The notes: generated by a model from the sequence alone, not told the origin. Positions 17,526-28,412 are shown, counted from the first letter of the whole stretch. The stretch is 49,544 nucleotides of DNA, filler included, from Candidatus Methanoxibalbensis ujae (GCA_026134085.1; 13 parts of 13 records of this genome joined end to end with filler, not necessarily neighbours in it), one strand, 5' to 3'. Numbers and translations are program-made.

Positions 17526-20500
17526 TCATGCAAAATCGCTTTCTGACTGGCGCTGAAACACACTCCTCATTAAGTATTCATTGAGCGATTTCACAGAGAT
17601 CTCTTTCATACGCAGTATTGCATCTGCAGCTGCATTTGCTGCGTTCATCGTCGTGATGTAGGGGATGCGGAAATCAACGCAGGCACGCCTTATTATATGA
17701 GCATCTTTATACGCATATTTATCCCTGACCGTGTTTATCACGAGCTGAATTTCACGCTCAAGCAGCATATCTATGATATTCATCTGGTTATCCTCGTGTA
17801 ATTTACCGACTGTACTTACTTTTATACCCCTTTCACGCAGGAATTTTGCCGTTCCATCAGTTGCAAAAATTCTCATATTTGCTTCAGAGAGTTTTCTCGC
17901 CACCTCAACTGCTTTTTCTTTGTCCTCGTCGCAGACGGAGATGAACACAGATGCCGTGTGCTTTGATGGTAAGGGCAGAGGGTTCTCAGCAGCGAGCTGC
18001 GCCTTGAAGAAAGCCTCCTCAAACGATGATGCGATTCCCATAACCTCGCCTGTGCTTTTCATCTCCGGACCCAACAGTGGAGCTGAGTGTGGCAGTTTTA
18101 TGAAGGGGAGCACAACCTCCTTCACAGCAAAATGATTGAGCCTTCTCTCATTGACGCCGAGCTCCCTGAGTTTTTTGCCGATCATCACCTTTGCGGCGAT
18201 CTTCGCAAGTGGTATGCCCGTTGCTTTTGAGACAAAAGGAACTGTGCGTGATGCTCTCGGGTTCACCTCAAGCACATATACAACATCATCTTTAACAGCG
18301 AGCTGAACATTCATCAATCCACATATGTTGAGAGCCTTCGCTATCTTCTTCACATATTCACGGATAGTGTTCAGCGTTTTTTCTGAGAGTGTAAGCGGAG
18401 GGATAACGCATGCAGAATCTCCTGAATGAATGCCTGCCTGTTCTATGTGCTCCATTATCGCACCTATGAGCACATCTTCACAGTCGCATACAGCATCTAC
18501 ATCTATCTCAACGGCATTTTCAAGGAACTTATCTATGAGAACGGGCTTTTCCTTCGAAACTTTAACAGCCTCCTTCATGTAACGCTCAAGCTCCTCTTCA
18601 TCATGAACAATCTCCATCGCACGACCTCCGAGCACATATGATGGTCTCACGAAAACGGGATATCCTATGCGCCTAGCGACCTCCTTTGCTTCCTCATATG
18701 AAAAGGCATAGCCGCTTTCAGGCTGCGGAATCCCCAATGAAAGAAGAAGTTTGCTGAATCTTTTCCTGTCTTCCGCCTCATCTATGCGGTCAGGCGGCGT
18801 TCCGAGTATTTCTGTCTTGAGACCCCTCTCCCTCATTCTCAAAATATGTTCCTTGAGAGGGACTGCAAGATTGACAGATGTCTGACCGCCGAACTGCACA
18901 ATCACTCCTTCATAGTTCTCCTTCTCTATGACATTCATAACATCTTCAAGCGTCAGAGGCTCAAAGAACAGCTTATCAGATGTATCAAAATCTGTTGAAA
19001 CTGTTTCCGGATTGTTGTTTATTATGTGTGCCTCTATTCCCTCCTCCCTCAAAGCCTTGACAGCATGAACAGTTGAGTAATCAAACTCAATACCCTGACC
19101 TATCCTTATGGGACCTGAACCAATAATCAGCACTTTCTTCCTTTCTGACGGATGCAACTCGCATTCCTCCTCATATGTTGAGTAGTAATAAGGAGTGGAT
19201 GCCTCAAATTCAGCTGCGCATGTGTCAACCATTTTGTATGTGGGTCTTATGCAGAATCTCCTCCGAATCTCACGCACTTCATCCTCCGTCATGCCTGTGA
19301 TGCGAGAAATGCGCTCATCGCTGAACCCCATTCTCTTCGCTTTCTTAAGCAATTTTCTGAATTCTTCCTCACTCCCCTTCTCATAACGATATCTGCGCAG
19401 TTCTTTCTCAATTTTCACAATATTTTCAATTTTTTTGATGAAGAAAATATCTATATTGCTCAATTTTGATATTTTATCTGCACTTATTCCTCTCCTCAAA
19501 GCCTCATAAATTGCGAATATTCTCTCATCATTTGGCCATTCTATCAGTCTCAGTATCTCATTATCCTTTTTTTCTGCGAATTCATCGTCTCCGAAATCGC
19601 GATCTATGTCAAGCGACCTTATTGCCTTCTGCAGGGCCTCCTCAAATGTTCGTCCGATAGCCATCACCTCTCCCGTGCTCTTCATTGATGTTGTGAGTGT
19701 GCGGTCAGCCTCCGGAAACTTGTCAAAAGGCCATCTCGGTATTTTCACGACGACATAATCTATCGCCGGCTCAAATGATGCGGGTGTCTTCCCCGTAACT
19801 CTGTTTTCTATCTCATCAAGCGAAAGACCGAGGGCTATTTTCGCTGCAACTCTCGCGATTGGATATCCTGTTGCCTTTGAGGCGAGTGCTGAAGAGCGGG
19901 AGACACGAGGATTCACCTCTATAACGCGGTATTCCCCTTCCCTCAGCGCGAACTGTATGTTGCAACCTCCTTCAACTTTGAGCGCTCTTATTATTTTAAG
20001 AGCTGCACTGCGCAGCATCTGATGCTCTTCGTCAGTAAGTGTCTGAGAAGGTGCGACGACTATTGACTCGCCTGTGTGAATGCCCATGGGGTCAAGATTT
20101 TCCATGTTGCACACTGTTATGCATGTGTCTTTCGCATCCCTCATGACTTCATACTCAATCTCCTTCCAGCCGAGAACACTCTCCTCAATGAGCACCTGAT
20201 GTATGCGAGATGCGTTCAACCCGCGCTGCACAATGTCTTTCAGATCTTCTTCATCCCTCGCAATGCCTCCTCCCGCACCTCCCAGTGTGTATGCAGGGCG
20301 TATGACGAGAGGGTATCCCAGTTCCTCAGCCACATCCAGAGCCTCCTCAACAGAGTTCACAGCCTCGCTGCGAGGCACGGGCTCTCCTATGCGATGCATC
20401 AGATTTTTGAATCTCTCCCTGTCCTCCGCGTTGTATATCGCCTCAACAGGTGTGCCCAGCACTTTAACACCGTATTTTTCAAGTGCGCCGCGCTCCACAA

Positions 20501-20804
20501 GCTCAACAACGAGGTTCAGCGCGGTCTGACCTCCAAGACCGGCGATGACGCCATCAGGACTCTCTTTATCCAGTATCTTTTCAACAACATCCGCCACTAA
20601 GGGCTCGATATATATCACATCCGCCATCTCAAAATCAGTCATTATCGTGGCTGGATTTGAGTTCACAAGCACAACCTTCACACCCTCATCACGCAGCGCA
20701 CGACATGCCTGCGAACCTGAGAAGTCAAATTCAGCCGCTTGCCCTATCTGAATAGGTCCCGAACCTATCACAAGCACCTTTCTTATGTCTCCACGGAGAG
20801 GCAT
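17526..20804 (-). CDS. carB: Carbamoyl-phosphate synthase large subunit
   Basis: GSGPIQIGQAAEFDFSG, two ATP-grasp halves, EVNPRVSRSS, C-terminal MGS domain; 1092 aa. Confidence 0.98.
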   Translation of the reverse strand: MPLRGDIRKVLVIGSGPIQIGQAAEFDFSGSQACRALRDEGVKVVLVNSNPATIMTDFEMADVIYIEPLVADVVEKILDKESPDGVIAGLGGQTALNLVVELVERGALEKYGVKVLGTPVEAIYNAEDRERFKNLMHRIGEPVPRSEAVNSVEEALDVAEELGYPLVIRPAYTLGGAGGGIARDEEDLKDIVQRGLNASRIHQVLIEESVLGWKEIEYEVMRDAKDTCITVCNMENLDPMGIHTGESIVVAPSQTLTDEEHQMLRSAALKIIRALKVEGGCNIQFALREGEYRVIEVNPRVSRSSALASKATGYPIARVAAKIALGLSLDEIENRVTGKTPASFEPAIDYVVVKIPRWPFDKFPEADRTLTTSMKSTGEVMAIGRTFEEALQKAIRSLDIDRDFGDDEFAEKKDNEILRLIEWPNDERIFAIYEALRRGISADKISKLSNIDIFFIKKIENIVKIEKELRRYRYEKGSEEEFRKLLKKAKRMGFSDERISRITGMTEDEVREIRRRFCIRPTYKMVDTCAAEFEASTPYYYSTYEEECELHPSERKKVLIIGSGPIRIGQGIEFDYSTVHAVKALREEGIEAHIINNNPETVSTDFDTSDKLFFEPLTLEDVMNVIEKENYEGVIVQFGGQTSVNLAVPLKEHILRMRERGLKTEILGTPPDRIDEAEDRKRFSKLLLSLGIPQPESGYAFSYEEAKEVARRIGYPVFVRPSYVLGGRAMEIVHDEEELERYMKEAVKVSKEKPVLIDKFLENAVEIDVDAVCDCEDVLIGAIMEHIEQAGIHSGDSACVIPPLTLSEKTLNTIREYVKKIAKALNICGLMNVQLAVKDDVVYVLEVNPRASRTVPFVSKATGIPLAKIAAKVMIGKKLRELGVNERRLNHFAVKEVVLPFIKLPHSAPLLGPEMKSTGEVMGIASSFEEAFFKAQLAAENPLPLPSKHTASVFISVCDEDKEKAVEVARKLSEANMRIFATDGTAKFLRERGIKVSTVGKLHEDNQMNIIDMLLEREIQLVINTVRDKYAYKDAHIIRRACVDFRIPYITTMNAANAAADAILRMKEISVKSLNEYLMRSVFQRQSESDFA

Positions 20805-20848
20805 TGCTGATCCCTTGCACCGCTTCTTTTATTATATCTCAGATAAAC

Positions 20849-21237
20849 GTGACCTCCTCCCTCTATTAAAGGGGCATCCAGCGGATGCGAGAGGTTGGGG
20901 AGTGTGGCTCAGAACAAACCGCTCCCCTTCGGGCTTGACCACAGAAGCCCCTATGAGCATATAGCCTACGGCTCGTTTTAATATGTTCTTTGCTCCGTTC
21001 ACGTCTGCGTTGACCTGATAGCCGCAATCCTTGCAGATGAATAATCCTTATGTCTTTCAGTGTTCATTGAGCCACAGCAAGAGCACTGCTTCTGTTATAT
21101 TCTCTTCTATCACCACAATACCCTTCTCAAGCGCCTTTGATATATTCCTTCAGTTTATGGGATGGCATTGAATTGACCTTCCTGTTGTTTCTGATGCCCT
21201 TCAAATCGCCTATCGCTATTGCTGCGTTGTGCTTTTC
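20849..21237 (-). pseudogene. tnpB: Decayed IS200/IS605 TnpB 3' half with right end
   Basis: Fragments IAIGDLKGIR, QCSCCGS, FICKDCGYQVNADVNGAKNILKR; right end GGAGGAGGTCAC preceded by hairpins. Confidence 0.8.
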
Positions 21238-21337
21238 NNNNNNNNNNNNNNNNNNNNNNNNNNNNNNNNNNNNNNNNNNNNTTAATTAATTAANNNNNNN
21301 NNNNNNNNNNNNNNNNNNNNNNNNNNNNNNNNNNNNN

Positions 21338-21698
21338 CAGTCTCTCAGCATCTGACCTTTCTGACATAATTGATAATCACCTTTTTTAGTCGTCCAGCTT
21401 ATCAGGCTCTTCCTCTTCAATAGAGAGCTCAAGTGGTCTTCCTCCTTTATTCTCGGAAACAGACATATCTTCCCCTGTTCCACTTTTTCACCTAAAGACT
21501 TCTCAATTGCATCAGCGGCTTTAGCCGATCGATCCATTGGCTCCAACAGGTATAGAAAAGATAGCTTTTGCTTTATCCTCTGGTCTTTTTCCAGCTTCAA
21601 TAAATCTCTGATCTCCTCAAATTTCTTAATTGAGTTCTTTTTTCCTCTCATGATAGTTATTTATATAGCAAGTGGATAAGCTTTCGCAGAAAACTATA
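21338..21698 (-). mobile_element. Left end and degenerate N-terminus of an IS630-like transposase
   Basis: ORF 21651 has LKLEKDQRIKQKLSFLYLL; minus-strand terminus TATAGTTTTCTGCGAAAG matches the right-end pattern TATAGTT-NNN-TGC-NN-AA. Confidence 0.55.
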
Positions 21699-21746
21699 AA
21701 TAATCAGGCGATTGACTGAAAACGAGGGATATGAGAGGAGAATGAA

Positions 21747-22685
21747 ATGAGGGTTGTTGTGACCGGTGGTGCTGGATTCATAGGCTCAAATCTCGTAGAA
21801 GTGCTTTCAGGAGATAACGAAGTGATTGTTGTGGATGATCTCTCAACAGGTGATATCAGAAACATTCAGTGTGTTGAGGGAGATGTGACATTTGTCAGGG
21901 GAAGCGTGACAGACTTGAATCTGCTTATGAGAGTGTTTGAAGATGTTGATTATGTTTTTCATCTGGCGGCAATTGCATCAGTTCCCGGAAGCATAAGAGA
22001 CCCGATCATATACAATGATGTGAATGTGAAAGGAACACTCAATGTATTGATGGCTGCGAGGGATTGCGGTGTGGAAAAGGTCGTATATGCATCTTCATCT
22101 GCTGTATACGGGAACACGCCAGAGCTTCCAAAAAGGGAGGATATGCTCCCAGATCCTTTGTCACCATATGCTGTTACGAAGCTCGTCGGGGAGTATTACT
22201 GCAATGTGTTCAATGAGGTTTACGGATTGAAAACTGTCTCTTTACGCTATTTCAATGTGTATGGTCCGAGGCAGAACCCTCACTCAGAATATGCGGCAGT
22301 AATCCCCAAATTCATAAAGCGCGTTTTATCAGGAAAACCTCCTGTGATATACGGGGACGGTGAGCAGACAAGAGATTTCATTTTTGTAAGGGATGTGGTA
22401 AATGCAACAATCCTCGCAGCGAAAAGCAATGCTGAAGGAGTATATAACATCGCCACAGGACGAAAAACAAGCATAAATGATCTTGCTCATATGATAATGA
22501 AATTGATAGACAGCAACAATCCGCTGAAACCTGTGTATGATGCTCCGAGAGCTGGAGATGTGAGGCACTCATTCGGCGACATATCAAAGGCGAGAAGGGA
22601 TATGGGATATGAGCCGAGATACAGCCTTGAAGAGGGTCTTATGGAAACTATAAGTGCATGGCGAACAGACGAAAGCATGCGATGA
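21747..22685 (+). CDS. NAD-dependent nucleotide-sugar epimerase/dehydratase (extended SDR)
   Basis: TGGAGFIGS, FHLAA, ASSSAVYG, YAVTK (YxxxK), RYFNVYGPRQ, GDGEQTRDF. Confidence 0.93.
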   Translation: MRVVVTGGAGFIGSNLVEVLSGDNEVIVVDDLSTGDIRNIQCVEGDVTFVRGSVTDLNLLMRVFEDVDYVFHLAAIASVPGSIRDPIIYNDVNVKGTLNVLMAARDCGVEKVVYASSSAVYGNTPELPKREDMLPDPLSPYAVTKLVGEYYCNVFNEVYGLKTVSLRYFNVYGPRQNPHSEYAAVIPKFIKRVLSGKPPVIYGDGEQTRDFIFVRDVVNATILAAKSNAEGVYNIATGRKTSINDLAHMIMKLIDSNNPLKPVYDAPRAGDVRHSFGDISKARRDMGYEPRYSLEEGLMETISAWRTDESMR

Positions 22686-22833
22686 GGGGAGGGAGAGAAC
22701 AATAAGAGCAATAATTAAATATAAAAATGGATGTTTCAGCTTTGAGTGAGAGGTGCAGCTTTGAGTGAGAGGTGCTCGTGCATGGGGCTGGGAGCCCACA
22801 CGAAGCCATACTGAGAGGCTGTAGGGAGAGGAG

Positions 22834-23211
22834 ATGCGGGCTCGTGAGATTGCGAAGGCACGGAAGACGCATCCTGGGATATTGAGGATGCTGGATGAGC
22901 TGCGGAAGGCATCAAGAGAGAACAATGTGCGTATATGGAGAGACATTGCTGAGAGATTGGAGCGACCGCGAAGGAGCTATGCCGAGGTGAATCTGAGCAG
23001 AATAAACAGATATGCGAGGGAGGGAGAGACGATAGTCGTTGCTGGAAAGGTCCTCGGCGCAGGAAAGCTGGATAAGCGTGTTTATGTTGCGGCACTCGGA
23101 TTCAGCCGGAAGGCTTATCTGCGCATCACTGCGCTTGGAGGAAGGTGCATGAGCATTGATGATCTTCTGAAGGAGAATCCAAAAGGAAGCGGCGTAAGGA
23201 TAATGGCTTAG
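22834..23211 (+). CDS. rpl18e: 50S ribosomal protein L18e
   Basis: IWRDIAERLERPRR..AEVNLSRINRY, VAGKVLGAG, NPKGSGVRI. Confidence 0.95.
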   Translation: MRAREIAKARKTHPGILRMLDELRKASRENNVRIWRDIAERLERPRRSYAEVNLSRINRYAREGETIVVAGKVLGAGKLDKRVYVAALGFSRKAYLRITALGGRCMSIDDLLKENPKGSGVRIMA

Positions 23212-23331
23212 CGACATCTGAGGAAGGGAGAGCGACATCTGGAGAGAGGGATGAAATGGCGAATGAAATGGCGAGTATGCGAGTATGATTGAGTGGAGCG
23301 GTGAGAGGCGGTGAGAGAGGGATCGTGGAAA

Positions 23332-23793
23332 ATGGGAAAGACGGAATCTGATGAGGATGTAGTTGTGATAGATGGTGCCGGGATGATTCTCGGCAGGCTT
23401 GCGAGCGTGGTGGCGAAGTCTCTGTTGAAAGATGAGAAGAGGAGAATAGTCATATTGAATGCGGAAAAGGTTATGGTGAGCGGTTCTCGCGAAAACATAT
23501 TTGAGGAATACAAGGAGAAGAGGGATATAGGCTCGCGTGAGAAAGGTCCTTATTATCCGAGGACACCGGATGGCATTGTGAAGAGGACTATAAGGGGAAT
23601 GCTGCCATACAAAAAAGCGAGAGGGAGGGATGCGCTTTCAAGGGTGAAGGTATATCTTGGAGTGCCAGACGAATATAAAGATGTGCCCAAGACGCGCTTG
23701 AAGGAGGCGGAAGGGCGCCTCTCTCTCGCGAAATATGTGCTTTTGAGGGAGGTGAGTGAGCATCTGGGATGGCGTCCAAGAGGAAAGTTGTGA
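23332..23793 (+). CDS. rpl13: 50S ribosomal protein L13
   Basis: IDG..ILGRLAS.VAK, NAEK, GPYYPRTPD.IVKRTIRGMLP. Confidence 0.95.
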   Translation: MGKTESDEDVVVIDGAGMILGRLASVVAKSLLKDEKRRIVILNAEKVMVSGSRENIFEEYKEKRDIGSREKGPYYPRTPDGIVKRTIRGMLPYKKARGRDALSRVKVYLGVPDEYKDVPKTRLKEAEGRLSLAKYVLLREVSEHLGWRPRGKL

Positions 23794-24188
23794 TCGCTGT
23801 CGGAAAGCGTAAAACAGCTATAGCACGGGCAACGCTTGAAGAAGGTGATGGAACAGTCAGAATAAACAAAAAGCCTCTGCAGATAATAGAGCCGGAGGTT
23901 GTCCGTGAAAAAATAGCAGAGCCACTTTTCATCGCGTCTGAGCTGGGCATAGATCTCTCAAACATAAGCATAAGCGTGAATGTGCGTGGCGGCGGGTTCA
24001 TGGGCCAGGCTGAAGCATCCAGAACAGCGATCGCGAGGGGTCTTGTGGAGTGGACGGAGAATGAGGAGCTAAGGAAGGCATATCTGAGCTACGACCGCAG
24101 CCTTGTCGTAAGTGATCCGAGGAGAAAAGAGCCCAAGAAGTTCCTGCGCAAAGCGGCAAGAGCACGCCGGCAGAAGTCATACAGGTGA
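23769..24188 (+). CDS. rps9: 30S ribosomal protein S9
   Basis: [43 protein letters not shown]. Confidence 0.96.
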   Translation: MASKRKVVIAVGKRKTAIARATLEEGDGTVRINKKPLQIIEPEVVREKIAEPLFIASELGIDLSNISISVNVRGGGFMGQAEASRTAIARGLVEWTENEELRKAYLSYDRSLVVSDPRRKEPKKFLRKAARARRQKSYR

Positions 24189-24195
24189 TGGTGAC

Positions 24196-24384
24196 ATGAT
24201 GATACCGGTGCGTTGTTTCACATGTGGCAGGGTAATTGCAGATGTCTGGGAGGAGTTCAGAGAGCGCATAAAGACAGAAGAACCGAAAAAAGTGCTTGAC
24301 GACCTCCACATCGAGAGATACTGCTGCAGACGTATGCTGCTTTCTCATGCGGAGATTGTGGAGGATATAGTGCCTTTTGGTTGA
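24196..24384 (+). CDS. rpoN: RNA polymerase subunit N (Rpo10)
   Basis: [11 protein letters not shown]...RYCCRRMLL; true start at 24196. Confidence 0.96.
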   Translation: MMIPVRCFTCGRVIADVWEEFRERIKTEEPKKVLDDLHIERYCCRRMLLSHAEIVEDIVPFG

Positions 24385-24442
24385 ATGTGATGAGTGCATG
24401 AGTGATGCATGAGTGATGCATGAGTGGTGCATGAGTGTGAGG

Positions 24443-24516
24443 GGGGTTGTGGGGTAGCTTGGCTATCCTTCGGCGTTCGGGACGCCGAGACCTGAGTTCA
24501 AATCTCAGCAACCCCA
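24443..24516 (+). tRNA. tRNA-Pro(CGG)
   Basis: Acceptor GGGGTTG/CAACCCC; anticodon arm CGGCG-TT-CGG-GA-CGCCG; TTCAAAT T-loop; CCA not encoded. Confidence 0.95.
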
Positions 24517-24610
24517 CTGATCCTTCTTACTTCCCCTCAACATCATTCTCATTCGTTATGCATCTGAGATCCGAGATGAATAAAAGTGGACGAGGAAAAA
24601 TGATGAAGAG

Positions 24611-24826
24611 ATGATGAAAAAGGAAGATGTTGCTGGTAACGAGATTATAAAGCGCGAGAAATACACAAAATATGAGAAAGCACGCATCATAGGCGCGAGA
24701 GCTCTGCAGATCGCAATGGGCGCACCCGTTCTAATAGATACCGACAAAACAGATCCCATTGAAATTGCAATAGAAGAATTCAAAAAAGGCGTAATCCCCA
24801 TAACAGTGCGCAGACGAAGATGGTAA
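24611..24826 (+). CDS. rpoK: RNA polymerase subunit K (Rpo6)
   Basis: [21 protein letters not shown]...IPITVRR. Confidence 0.96.
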   Translation: MMKKEDVAGNEIIKREKYTKYEKARIIGARALQIAMGAPVLIDTDKTDPIEIAIEEFKKGVIPITVRRRRW

Positions 24827-25011
24827 CAGTGGGGGAATTGCCACCGCTCCATTTCCCAACTGCTTATACATCACGCATTCATCTGTACAATGCTCTCCGC
24901 ATCTGTGAAACTCAACTGTGAAACTTGAAAATCAACTGTGAAACTGAGAACTCAACTTTGAAACTGAGAGCAGCCCGGAGCATATGTGCGGAGAGCAGCG
25001 AGATAAATGGA

Positions 25012-25094
25012 TGCGGAGGAGGGGATTCGAACCCCCGAACCCCTTCGGGACTGACCCCTCAAGCCAGCGCCTTTGTCCACTCGGCAACCTCCGC
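25012..25094 (-). tRNA. tRNA-Leu(GAG)
   Basis: Acceptor GCGGAGG/CCTCCGC; anticodon arm CTGGC-TT-GAG-GG-GTCAG; long variable arm; GTTCGAATC. Confidence 0.95.
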
Positions 25095-25147
25095 TCGTAG
25101 AAACTTAGCTGATTCATTATTATTATGTTCAATAAATAATAAAGCAC

Positions 25148-25300
25148 GTGACCTCTCCCCCTCACAGAGGTATATGAGGGAAGGTTCCTCACGGAGGAAA
25201 CTTCATCTGTCTCACTTTGCATGGAGGGGCCAGCCCTTTTCTGTTGCCTGCAAGACACCTTTCGAGAGAGTGAGAATACATAGGGAGAAGTCTGGTTTAG
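25148..25300 (-). mobile_element. Orphan IS200/IS605-type right end / MITE-like remnant
   Basis: Ends GGGGAGAGGTCAC like the TnpB right end at 20849; preceded by hairpins (CCCTCA...TGAGGG, TTCCTC...GAGGAA); no transposase ORF; upper boundary approximate. Confidence 0.45.
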
Positions 25301-25673
25301 CTATTAAAAACATAAAAATACATCGCCAGGAAAAACCGAGATACGACAAGAAAACAAAACTCTACCTCAAGGGCCAAACTACTTCGGATGAATACATTTC
25401 ACAAATCTGTCCGTTGATACATAAGGAAAAACAAAAACAACAGAAAACATTGCGGAGAATGTGAGGATTTCAGCCACCACCTCACGAAGCCCGGCGAGGT
25501 TCACTACCCTCATCTTATTCCTATTTCCCATTTGTGCCCCTCCAATGCCTGCTGCTGTTGTGCCTGGCGTCTCTCCGATTCCGCTTCCGCCTGCCTCCGC
25601 TCATCCAGTGCTGCCAGTGCCACCTGAGCGCTGTTCTATCTCATTTCCAATTTCGCCGCACCATACCCGACGC

Positions 25674-26102
25674 TCACTCTTCCCCAGCGGGGTAGAACTT
25701 GCTAACGCATGCTGGGCTTCTCGTCAAAATGTTTCTCACGCTAATTACTCCCACAAGTTTGTCGTCTTCAACTACTGGCAATCTCCTTATTCTGTTCTTT
25801 GCCATGATTTCGCATGCTTTTTCTATGGATGCATCCGCTTCTATAGTGATTAGAGGCGAAGACATTATATCTTTTGCCTTAACTTCTCTCACCAGTCTGT
25901 CCTCCTTTATAACTTTTAATGCTATATCTCTGTCAGTAACGATGCCAACAGGCTCTCCCTCTCTCGTAATTATGACGCTTCCAATACCATACACTTCCAT
26001 GTCCTTCGCTATTTTCGTCACTGGTGTGTCCTCCTCCTCCGTAACAACTTCCGGCGTCATCACATCCCGCACTTCCAGCAATTCCGTCATCTCACTCGCC
26101 AT
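25674..26102 (-). CDS. Tandem CBS-domain protein
   Basis: VRDVMT..V, GIVTDRDI, KDIMSSPLITI, IRRLPVV..LVGVIS. Confidence 0.92.
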   Translation of the reverse strand: MASEMTELLEVRDVMTPEVVTEEEDTPVTKIAKDMEVYGIGSVIITREGEPVGIVTDRDIALKVIKEDRLVREVKAKDIMSSPLITIEADASIEKACEIMAKNRIRRLPVVEDDKLVGVISVRNILTRSPACVSKFYPAGEE

Positions 26103-26196
26103 CCCTTTCCAGCTGTTAAAATGGTTTCCGAAGGTGATGATGAATTATGAGTGGTGAGAAAAAAAATTGATGCTGTGAGTGATGCGAGCAGTTTTT

Positions 26197-26272
26197 TATA
26201 GTTAGGTGCATAACACTTTAAACTTATTATGAATTTCTCAATCCAACTTTCTGCAAAGGATATTGATTTTGT
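26197..26272 (-). mobile_element. Second copy of the IS630-like right end
   Basis: Identical to 10794-10869. Confidence 0.65.
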
Positions 26273-26869
26273 NNNNNNNNNNNNNNNNNNNNNNNNNNNN
26301 NNNNNNNNNNNNNNNNTTAATTAATTAANNNNNNNNNNNNNNNNNNNNNNNNNNNNNNNNNNNNNNNNNNNNTTTAATATTGAAGCAGAAAGAAAATAGT
26401 TTTGAGAGTGCGAGCCATGCCCATAATATTTCTAATTACAAGAATTGAAAAGCACTGGAATGAATTGTGTAAAGAGCTTAAAGCTACTGAAATGTCAAAA
26501 AACGATGCTGAAAGTTGACGTCTTAGATTTCAAGTGGAGAAAAACATGTTAATGATACCTGTAACTTGTTTTGAACTTGACGAATTCAACCAAACAGTGG
26601 ATAGAGTTGAAGATAAGCTCGAACTTTCAATTTTGGAAGCAGGAGCTAACTTTCGTGAAAAGGAGAAAATACGAAGGATGCTTATGGTTTTCTTGGTGTA
26701 TTGGACTCTTTCCACTCCTTACTCAAATCCACCACTCCACCTGTGTGTTTTTACTTTCACTTTTAAAAAAACGGCCTATGTCACATTCTCCTTAACATTC
26801 TTCCCGTTTAAAACCATAATTAGCTTTCGTAAGAGAGGTGAAAGAGATTGGAGAGAAAGGGGGAAACAA

Positions 26870-27012
26870 TTTTGATTTAAGAAGGAGAGGCGGAGGGTCA
26901 TACAAGGAAGATAAACCACCAGACACGGATTTCTGAGAGCATGGCTGAAACAGAAGTGTATCAGAACACTATCTTGGCAAGTACATCTCATTCTTTGAGC
27001 TCTTGCTCAACT
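26870..27012 (+). pseudogene. IS1595-family transposase remnant (internal and C-terminal pieces)
   Basis: Fragments LRRRGGGSYKEDKPP, FLRAWL, HYLGKYISFFELLLN; coordinates approximate. Confidence 0.55.
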
Positions 27013-27150
27013 CAAAGGAAACCTGGTCATCCATCATTTTGTCCCGATGGTTTAGGGGGATGAGCGAAAATTTTATATATCATTTTTCCATGATAAAAAA
27101 TCTAAAAAATCAGATAATGCACCCGTCAAAAGAGAAAGAAGGTGAAAAAT

Positions 27151-27780
27151 ATGAAAAGGAAAACCATAGCAGCAGGCTTAATTGCCATAGTAATAATTAC
27201 ATCAGTTGCAATATTTACTTTTACGGGAGGTGTTGAGAAGGAAATTGTTAAAAAGCCAAAACTAAGCAGACAACCAAAACCTTATCTTTCTTTTAAAGGA
27301 ATCGGAGGTTCTGACACCGGTAGTAGAATATCCATGGTTTATACAGGATGGTGGACAAATGGCTGTCCAATGAAGGGTTACTCGCCTATAATTGTTAAGA
27401 ATAGAGGTGACCCAGGAACAATTGAAGTAAAGCTTATCAAACTGAAGCGCAAGGAAGGTTCTGGGGGTTCTGAGGAATGGGAAGAAGATAAAGTCCTAAA
27501 TACAACTTCTGTTTTCTTAGATAAGATGGAGGAGAAGGAGTTACGCTTTGAGTTCCATAATCCTGGATATTTTGGTGAAGAGAAATATGAGATAAGGGCA
27601 TTGGTCAATGGGCAGACTGCAGCCAAACTAACACTCTACATTCCTCGTTGTATTCTACGTCCACTTACACCTCCTCCAACAATATATAATCCACCCCCTC
27701 CAACTCCATATAATCCAACTGATCCAACAATTCCAACAATATATAATCCTCCACCAATGCCGGGATACCCATACCCATAG
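27151..27780 (+). CDS. Membrane-anchored hypothetical protein with Ig-like core and Pro/Tyr-rich tail
   Basis: MKRKTIAAGLIAIVIITSVAIF anchor; IIVKNRGDPGT; C-terminal PPPTIYNPPPPTPYNP...PTIYNPPP repeats. Confidence 0.7.
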   Translation: MKRKTIAAGLIAIVIITSVAIFTFTGGVEKEIVKKPKLSRQPKPYLSFKGIGGSDTGSRISMVYTGWWTNGCPMKGYSPIIVKNRGDPGTIEVKLIKLKRKEGSGGSEEWEEDKVLNTTSVFLDKMEEKELRFEFHNPGYFGEEKYEIRALVNGQTAAKLTLYIPRCILRPLTPPPTIYNPPPPTPYNPTDPTIPTIYNPPPMPGYPYP

Positions 27781-28058
27781 CATAGTATCCGTCTATTCTC
27801 ATGGCTTTTCCCTTTACTCTCATATAAATTCCTTGAATCATACCAAGAATCGCGAAGAATATAAATTCAGCCTCCTCCGTAACACGACCTATAATCTATA
27901 ATTCTAAATTAATTTTTGTATATTTGCCTTCTGTATTTCGCAGATATGCGAATTATTTATATAATGTGAATCTCCTTGCAGCAAGCTTTGCCGAAATTTA
28001 TAACTTTTTTATGGTAAACTGTGGAATGTAAAATAAGCGAACCATGAGTTATAAAAAC

Positions 28059-28310
28059 ATGATCGAGTCAAGTATAATCAAAGTGGTGTTTCTCCCCAAT
28101 AGAGGGAGTTGCCTCGAGTGTTTGAGGAAGCTAAGGTGGCAGGATGGAGTGAGATGTCCTTATTGTATCGAGGCTGCATAGGGATTATACACAGGGAAAG
28201 GAGCAGCGAAGTATCACTGCCTGAACTGCGGCAAATATTTCAATGACCTCACGGAGACAATATTTGAAAACAACAAATTCCCTATCGAGGAGATGTCCTA
28301 CATCTTGAGG
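28059..28310 (+). pseudogene. IS1595-family transposase N-terminal zinc-ribbon remnant
   Basis: LRKLRWQDGVRCPYC...KYHCLNCGKYFNDLTETIFENNKFPI, with frameshifts. Confidence 0.7.
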
Positions 28311-28412
28311 GGGAATGAGCTTGCAGATATCTTAGAAGTTCGGAAGGATAGTACAGTATAAGCAAAAATGACTACATGAAAAACACCTCCTTATAAATGG
28401 GGAAAGAATGAG

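Noticed and set aside
27930..27960. TTCGCATATCTGCGAAA (minus strand) resembling an attC inner arm
   Set aside because: No GTTRRRY box or partner arm; at most a degenerate relic.
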